Positions 58,630 to 64,000 of a DNA stretch of 64,000 bases are shown one piece after another. The notes beneath the pieces were generated by a model, which saw only the letters and a program-made list of their open reading frames with translations, was not told the origin of the DNA and ran no database searches. The stretch is from Candidatus Magasanikiibacteriota bacterium (GTDB lineage: Bacteria > Patescibacteriota > Patescibacteriia > Magasanikbacterales > UBA922), in assembly GCA_021648085.1 (NCBI GenBank), contig JAKITS010000001.1, forward strand, positions 196,948 through 260,947, read 5' to 3'. A program made the position numbers and the translations under genes. Within the stretch, counting starts at the first letter, position 1, and each line of letters begins with the position of its first letter.

Positions 58630-59253
58630 ATGGGAAAGTATATTGGACCAAAAAATAAATTAGCACGTCGTTTTGGCGTACATTTAGGATTAAAAAGTAA
58701 TCCTGCAAAAGTTTCTAAGCGTTTGAGTCAGCCACCTGGAGTTCAGGGTGTAAACAGAAGGCGTAAAAATGTTTCTAGTTATGGTAAACAGCTTTTAGAG
58801 AAACAAAAAGCTAAGTTTATGTATGGAATTAGAGAAAGACAGTTTAGCACTTATGTTGAAAAATCAAACAAAGTGTCTGGAGATTCTGGAAAAAATCTAC
58901 ATCAATTTTTGGAGATGAGATTGGATAATGTTGTTTATAAAATGGGTTTTGCAAAGACAAGAGCGCAAGCAAGACAAATGGTAAATCACTCATTATTTAC
59001 TTTAAATGGTAAGTATATGAATATTCCATCACATAATGTAAAAATTGGAGACGAGGTCGCAATCAAAGAAAGTAAGATAAAAAAGAAAATTTTTGAAAAT
59101 ATAGAAGAAGACTTGTCAAATACTGAACTACCATCTTGGATTTCTGTAGATTCTGCAAAAAAATCAGGAAAAGTAGTAAGTACTCCAAATGAGAATGATT
59201 TTGAAAGAGTTTTTGATGTCAAATTAATAATTGAGTACTACTCATCACGTTAA
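58630..59253 (+). CDS. rpsD: 30S ribosomal protein S4
   Basis: YGKQLLEKQK, LEMRLDNVVY, ARQMVNH. Confidence 0.96.
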   Translation: MGKYIGPKNKLARRFGVHLGLKSNPAKVSKRLSQPPGVQGVNRRRKNVSSYGKQLLEKQKAKFMYGIRERQFSTYVEKSNKVSGDSGKNLHQFLEMRLDNVVYKMGFAKTRAQARQMVNHSLFTLNGKYMNIPSHNVKIGDEVAIKESKIKKKIFENIEEDLSNTELPSWISVDSAKKSGKVVSTPNENDFERVFDVKLIIEYYSSR

Positions 59254-59349
59254 TATAAAAAGGAGGGGATCCTCTAAGGAATTATCTTAAAGTATTGTTT
59301 CAATAATGAAATCATATTTAAAGAGATTTCCATAATAAATATTTATTAT

Positions 59350-60132
59350 ATGGAGCAAATTTTATTGCCAAACACAATTGAGTTCAAAGAAGGTGAACAG
59401 ACAAATGTAGGTCAGGTTATTATTACACCTTGTCATCAAGGTTATGGTGTAACATTGGGGAATGCTTTTAGAAGAGTATTACTTTCATCATTACCTGGCG
59501 CGGCTGTTGAGTCTGTAAAGATTAACGGTGTGCAACATGAATTTTCTGCTACAGAAGGTGTTGCAGAGGATGTTATAGAAATTATTATGAATCTAAAACA
59601 GTTGGCTGTTCGTTCTTTTTCAGAAGAATCTGTGACATTGTTTTTAAATAAAAAAGGGCTTGGAGATGTAACAGCAGCAGATTTTGAAAAGAATTCTGAT
59701 GTTGAAATTTCTAATTTAGACTTAAAAATTGCAACACTTACAACTGCAGACAAGAATTTTGAAATGGAGATTACGGTTGGAAATGGTCGTGGTTATGTTC
59801 CAGTAGGAGAAAAAGATACAAAATTATTTGATTTGGGAACAATTGGTATAGATTCACTTTACACTCCAATTCGTGATGTTGGTTATAATGTTGAGTTAAC
59901 TCGTGTTGGTGATGTGACAGATTATGAAAAATTGATTTTGAATATTGAGACAGACGGAACTATTACACCAAAAGAAGCTGTATCTCAAGCTGTAAAGATT
60001 TTAATGGATTATTTTGGGTTAGTATCAGATGCTTCGGCAGAAGTTAAGCCGGTAGTAAAGAAAAAAGCTCCAGCAAAGAAAAAAGCAGCTGTTAAAAAAG
60101 CTCCAGCTAAAAAGAAAACAACAAAAAAATAG
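59350..60132 (+). CDS. rpoA: RNA polymerase alpha subunit (NTD only plus K/A-rich tail)
   Basis: GYGVTLGNAFRRVLLSS, HEFS, GRGYV, IETDG. Confidence 0.95.
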   Translation: MEQILLPNTIEFKEGEQTNVGQVIITPCHQGYGVTLGNAFRRVLLSSLPGAAVESVKINGVQHEFSATEGVAEDVIEIIMNLKQLAVRSFSEESVTLFLNKKGLGDVTAADFEKNSDVEISNLDLKIATLTTADKNFEMEITVGNGRGYVPVGEKDTKLFDLGTIGIDSLYTPIRDVGYNVELTRVGDVTDYEKLILNIETDGTITPKEAVSQAVKILMDYFGLVSDASAEVKPVVKKKAPAKKKAAVKKAPAKKKTTKK

Positions 60133-60145
60133 GTAAAAAAATTTT

Positions 60146-60496
60146 ATGCGTCATAGAAAACAAAAATTCACACTGGGAAGAGAGAAGGCACACAGAACTG
60201 CTCTTATTAAGAATTTGGCAGAAAGTTTGATATTGCATGGTGCAATAGAGACAACAGAAGCAAAAGCAAAAGCTCTTAAAACTTATGTTGAACCTTTGGT
60301 AACAAAAGCAAGAAAAAATACACTAGCTTCTCGTAGGCTTGTTATTCGTAAATTGTTTACAGAAAAAGCAGTAAAGAAATTGATGGAAGAAGTAGCACCA
60401 AAATATGTAGAAAGAGAGGGTGGCTACACTCGTATTATAAAGTTGAGAACTAGAAAAAACGATGGTGCTCCAATAGTTAAGATAGAGTTTGTTTAA
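60146..60496 (+). CDS. rplQ: 50S ribosomal protein L17
   Basis: MRHRK, IETTEAKAK, GGYTRIIK. Confidence 0.97.
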   Translation: MRHRKQKFTLGREKAHRTALIKNLAESLILHGAIETTEAKAKALKTYVEPLVTKARKNTLASRRLVIRKLFTEKAVKKLMEEVAPKYVEREGGYTRIIKLRTRKNDGAPIVKIEFV

Positions 60497-60500
60497 AAAT

Positions 60501-60863
60501 ATGGCTATAGAAATAATTAGAAAAAAACATGAAATTGACGCAACAGATAGAGCTGTTGGTCGTGTGGCAACTGAAGTTGCTATGATTTTGCGCGGTAAAA
60601 ATAAGGCTAGTTTTGCTCCACATACAGATTGTGGTGATTTTGTGACAGTTTTAAATTCTGGAAAAGTAAAATTTACAGGAAGAAAATTGGTACAAAAAGA
60701 CTATTACCACCATACTATGCATCCGGGTGGTCTAAAAAGAACTCCTATGAAAAAGGTTTTTGATAAAGATCCTACAGAAGTTATGAAAAGAGCTGTTTAT
60801 GGTATGTTGCCAAAGAATAAGTTGCGCAACAACATGATGAAGCGTTTGACTATTAAGGTTTAA
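60501..60863 (+). CDS. rplM: 50S ribosomal protein L13 (short)
   Basis: IDA..GRVA..LRGKNK..DCGDFV..GMLPKNKL. Confidence 0.95.
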   Translation: MAIEIIRKKHEIDATDRAVGRVATEVAMILRGKNKASFAPHTDCGDFVTVLNSGKVKFTGRKLVQKDYYHHTMHPGGLKRTPMKKVFDKDPTEVMKRAVYGMLPKNKLRNNMMKRLTIKV

Positions 60864-60868
60864 ATATT

Positions 60869-61273
60869 ATGGTTGCTGATAAACAAAGTACAATGATCCG
60901 CACTGTTGGTAGAAGAAAAACTGCCACAGCTCGTGTTCGTATCCAAAAAGGAAAAGGTAATGTTGTTGTTAATGACAAAGAGTTGAAAGAATATTTTCCA
61001 CTTATTTTGTGGCAAGAAAAAGTTTTATCTCCATTTGTTGTTTCAGGGAAAGAAGGACAATTTGATGTTTCTATAAGAGTATTGGGTGGTGGAGTAAACA
61101 GCCAAGCAGAAGCTATTAGACATGGAATTGCAAGAGCATTAGTAGAATTAGATGAAACATTTAAGCCAGCCTTAAAAGCAGAAGGATATTTAACAAGAGA
61201 TTCGCGCAGAAAAGAAAGAAAGAAACCGGGAAGAAGAAGAGCAAGACGTGGTCATCAGTGGAGAAAGCGTTAA
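60869..61273 (+). CDS. rpsI: 30S ribosomal protein S9
   Basis: GRRKTATARV, GGG..QAEAIRHG, LTRDSR.KERKKPG. Confidence 0.97.
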   Translation: MVADKQSTMIRTVGRRKTATARVRIQKGKGNVVVNDKELKEYFPLILWQEKVLSPFVVSGKEGQFDVSIRVLGGGVNSQAEAIRHGIARALVELDETFKPALKAEGYLTRDSRRKERKKPGRRRARRGHQWRKR

Positions 61274-61280
61274 AAAATAA

Positions 61281-61438
61281 GCGTTTATTTACAATCTTTT
61301 TCCTATTCAATATCATTCTATTTTGGCTACAAATATTATAAAAAAGTTCAATATAGTATCGATATACTTCACTTTTTTATAAAATTTTCGCTCAAAATAT
61401 AATAAAATTGATTTAGAAAAAAGATCATAAATAAACAC
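61281..61438. other. ~155-nt rod-like imperfect inverted repeat
   Basis: GTTTATTT/AAATAAAC, ATCTTTTT/AAAAAGAT, TATTTTG/CAAAATA, TTATAAAAAAGT/ACTTTTTTATAA. Confidence 0.6.
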
Positions 61439-61453
61439 TAAAAATTTCAAATA

Positions 61454-61484
61454 AAAAAACTGCCAATTATCTTCGGCAGTTTTT
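61454..61484 (+). terminator. intrinsic terminator of the ribosomal operon
   Basis: AAAAAACTGCC..GGCAGTTTTTT. Confidence 0.75.
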
Positions 61485-61582
61485 TGTTTTTAACCCTTAC
61501 AAAATCTAATAAAAATGATAAGGTTTGTGCAGGTTAATTTAAATGTCAATTATTTAAATTGACAATAGCTTTGGAGATGAAA

Positions 61583-61969
61583 ATGGCAGACGAGAGATTG
61601 GTTGAACGAATTTTTAAATTTGGTGGTGAAAAAATTATTGAAGAACACAGAAAAAACTCAGCACCTTCTATAATTATAGATTTAATGGGTGCAAAATTGG
61701 GAGGTGCAGATCTAAGAGGTACGGATTTGTCAGGAATATATTTGGTGGAAACAGATTTTGGACATGCAAATTTAGCCGGTGCAGACCTTTCAGACTCTTT
61801 TTTAGATCGTGCAGATTTTACTATGGCAAATTTAACCAATGTAAAAGTTGATCCTGCAAAACTTGCGGAATCACATTTTACTCAAGCTCGGATGAGCAAT
61901 AAACTTTTTAAGGATACTTTGCTTGCATTTGAAGAAATGCGTAAGCGCAGAGGTTTGAATAAGAAATAA
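61583..61969 (+). CDS. pentapeptide repeat protein
   Basis: AKLGG-ADLRG-TDLSG..ANLAG-ADLSD; GGAG SD. Confidence 0.85.
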   Translation: MADERLVERIFKFGGEKIIEEHRKNSAPSIIIDLMGAKLGGADLRGTDLSGIYLVETDFGHANLAGADLSDSFLDRADFTMANLTNVKVDPAKLAESHFTQARMSNKLFKDTLLAFEEMRKRRGLNKK

Positions 61970-61975
61970 AACACA

Positions 61976-62006
61976 ACTCTAGACTTATAAAGTCTAGAGT
62001 TTTTTT
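61976..62006. terminator. intrinsic terminator
   Basis: ACTCTAGACTT-AT-AAAGTCTAGAGTTTTTT. Confidence 0.7.
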
Positions 62007-62007
62007 A

Positions 62008-62622
62008 TTAAAAATTTAATTCATCTAAACTTTTTATTTCTAAATGTTTATATTTTAGTTTTTCGGTGGAATTTTTGCGGTTTAGCCAGATTGTAATTAT
62101 TTCATTTTCAGAATATCCAGCATCTCGTACAGCATCTAATTCTAAAAAGGAATTGTCAATAAAAATAAGTGGACCATTTTTTTCTCTTTCGAACTTTAAA
62201 TTTTCTATAAAAGATTTTATTGAGTTTATTTTTGGGAATTTTTCAGAGAATAAAAATAAATCTGGTGTAATTCCTACAGCTCTTATTTTTTCAATTTGGT
62301 ATTTTGGATCACCAAAAGTAAACAAAACAAATGAAAAGTTTTTGTTTTTTATAAATTCTGCGTCTGTATAAAGAGTTAAATTTTCTTTTAGCCACTTTTG
62401 CATTTCTTTTAAAACCTTTTCTTTTTCTAAATTATCAAAAGAGTTTATAAATTTTTCAAAATTAAAAGCATTACTTTTAGTTTTTTTATAATTTTCTTCT
62501 ATAGTTTCTTTTGAAATTCCTTTTTTAAGAAAAATATCCCACAAACCTTTTTTGTTATCTCTAAAAGTTGTGAGCGTGCCATCAAAGTCGAATAAGATAC
62601 AACTATTTTTTGGTAAAATCAT
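62008..62622 (-). CDS. HAD family hydrolase
   Basis: LFDFDGTL, TFGD..YQ.EKI, FIDN. Confidence 0.8.
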   Translation of the reverse strand: MILPKNSCILFDFDGTLTTFRDNKKGLWDIFLKKGISKETIEENYKKTKSNAFNFEKFINSFDNLEKEKVLKEMQKWLKENLTLYTDAEFIKNKNFSFVLFTFGDPKYQIEKIRAVGITPDLFLFSEKFPKINSIKSFIENLKFEREKNGPLIFIDNSFLELDAVRDAGYSENEIITIWLNRKNSTEKLKYKHLEIKSLDELNF

Positions 62623-63611
62623 AAAACTGAAAAGATTAGTTTTGCCAATTTTTCTGGGCTGTGACGAACCAAACTTCTTTTTAAATTATCTCCTTCTTGT
62701 AAATTTATACTAATCGGACTTAATAAATCAGTTCCAAAAAATTTTGTTTTAGATCTAAGTTTTCTTTTTTTAAGCCTTTCCAAATTTATTGAAACTGTTT
62801 CCTGACCATCTTCTTTGTAAATTTTTGTTAGGTTTTCTAGTGGTTTTGCTGTGTTGAATAATACAAAATCAAAAGTATCTTTTAAATATTTTTCTATTTC
62901 TTCTGTCAAATTTACAATAGAAAAATTATTTGTATGCCCAGGCTTATTCATTAGATTACAAATAAACATTTTTGGATTTTTATTTTTTTGAATTACTTTA
63001 GAAATTCCTTGAATAAGTAAATTTGGTAATAGACTTGTATAAACATCTCCAGGTCCGATAATTATTAAATCCGCATTTTCTATTGCTTTTATAGCTTTTG
63101 AGTTTGCATTTGCTGAGTTTTTTAGATAAATTTTTTCTAATCCTGTTAGGTTTCCTGTATCAATTGTATGTTCTCCCTCCAAAACCATTCCATTTTCTAA
63201 CTTTGCCATAAGAGTTATGTCTTCTAAAGTGACTGGAATTACCCTTCCTTTTATATTCAAAATTTCACCTGCTTTTTCTATGGCTTTGTCAAAACTCCCT
63301 GTCACTTGCTCCAATGCAGAAATTAATATATTTCCAAAATTATGACCCTTTAAAGAGCCGTTTGTAAAGCGATGGTTCACTAACTTGTTTATAAAAGCAT
63401 CTGAAGTAGATAGGGCAACTAGACATTGACGAACATCTCCGGGAGGTAAAACTCCCAACTCACTTCTCAAAGTCCCCGTAGACCCGCCGTCGTCTGCCAT
63501 CGACACTATGGCGGTTAAATTTACATTATAATTGCGAAGACCACTCAAAACAGTAAAAGTTCCGGTTCCACCTCCTATTACTACAATTTCTTTTTTTGCA
63601 TTACTTATCAT
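62619..63611 (-). CDS. yvcK: YvcK/GlmR (UPF0052, CofD-like) protein
   Basis: VIGGGTG, ADDGGSTG, PPGDVR, GHNFGN, IIGPG..YTSLLP. Confidence 0.92.
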   Translation of the reverse strand: MISNAKKEIVVIGGGTGTFTVLSGLRNYNVNLTAIVSMADDGGSTGTLRSELGVLPPGDVRQCLVALSTSDAFINKLVNHRFTNGSLKGHNFGNILISALEQVTGSFDKAIEKAGEILNIKGRVIPVTLEDITLMAKLENGMVLEGEHTIDTGNLTGLEKIYLKNSANANSKAIKAIENADLIIIGPGDVYTSLLPNLLIQGISKVIQKNKNPKMFICNLMNKPGHTNNFSIVNLTEEIEKYLKDTFDFVLFNTAKPLENLTKIYKEDGQETVSINLERLKKRKLRSKTKFFGTDLLSPISINLQEGDNLKRSLVRHSPEKLAKLIFSVL

Positions 63612-63671
63612 AAACTTCTTTTTAATGATATACTAATAGTATTATAAATTTACTTAAGGGGCAATGTTTTT

Positions 63672-64000
63672 ATGAAAAAAAGTTCATTTTTTCTATATTT
63701 CTTTTTGGTTTGTGGTTTATTTATTATTCTTTTTTTATCATTTTTTTATGTGAAATATAGTAGGTTGCCAAAGCCAATTACAAAAACAGTAGATGAGATA
63801 GTTTCAACTACAAAAAGTATATTCCCTGCAAGCAATAAGGTAGAAGTAGAAGAATCACCAAAAGAAGAATGGTTTAAAGAAAAAAAGGAAGAACCTGTTG
63901 TGGAAGAAAAAAGTATAATTAAAAAAATAGTTGAAATAGTGATTCCACCAAAAATAGACATAGAAGCAACGCCAATGAAGGTGAATCACAATGTACCGTT
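63672..64000 (+). CDS. membrane-anchored protein, partial (possibly C39 peptidase-like)
   Basis: MKKSSFF.. TM, linker, ends ..NHNVP at window edge. Confidence 0.55.
   Translation, partial: MKKSSFFLYFFLVCGLFIILFLSFFYVKYSRLPKPITKTVDEIVSTTKSIFPASNKVEVEESPKEEWFKEKKEEPVVEEKSIIKKIVEIVIPPKIDIEATPMKVNHNVP

Noticed and set aside
1-64000. Alternative genetic code (TGA=Gly) or amber recoding
   Set aside because: Conserved genes are intact under code 11, and TGA/TAG end real genes (secA ends in TAG)

Overview
AT-rich 64-kb chromosomal segment of a reduced-genome bacterium, most likely Patescibacteria/CPR (Parcubacteria-ABY1-like). This call is an inference from split transketolase, short AlaRS and L13, SD-less housekeeping starts and CPR-type small genes; TGA is used as stop, so code 11. 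Housekeeping blocks: murB, hpf, secA, secD(+parvulin inserts)/secF, dnaG-rpoD, sod/ahpC, tkt, nfo, lemA, pgi, purB, mnmA-alaS, and infA-rpmJ-rpsM-rpsK-rpsD-rpoA-rplQ-rplM-rpsI. Accessory parts: (1) a small integron-like attC cassette cluster without integrase after rpoD (18.5-20.4 kb); (2) a defence-type island (34.6-42.2 kb) containing a DUF3800 gene faced by a convergent, separately promoted structured ~130-nt RNA, a type IIG/ISP-like R-M enzyme, putative nucleases and a LexA-like protein with an antitoxin-like tail coupled to MazF; (3) many intergenic repeats, namely YGTC-tagged REP-like palindromes, a ~300-bp covarying rod-shaped element in 3 copies and two single long hairpins; (4) orphan genes with strong Shine-Dalgarno and boxA-like leaders that the core genes lack. 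No rRNA, tRNA or CRISPR array was seen. All calls are by eye, without database searches.
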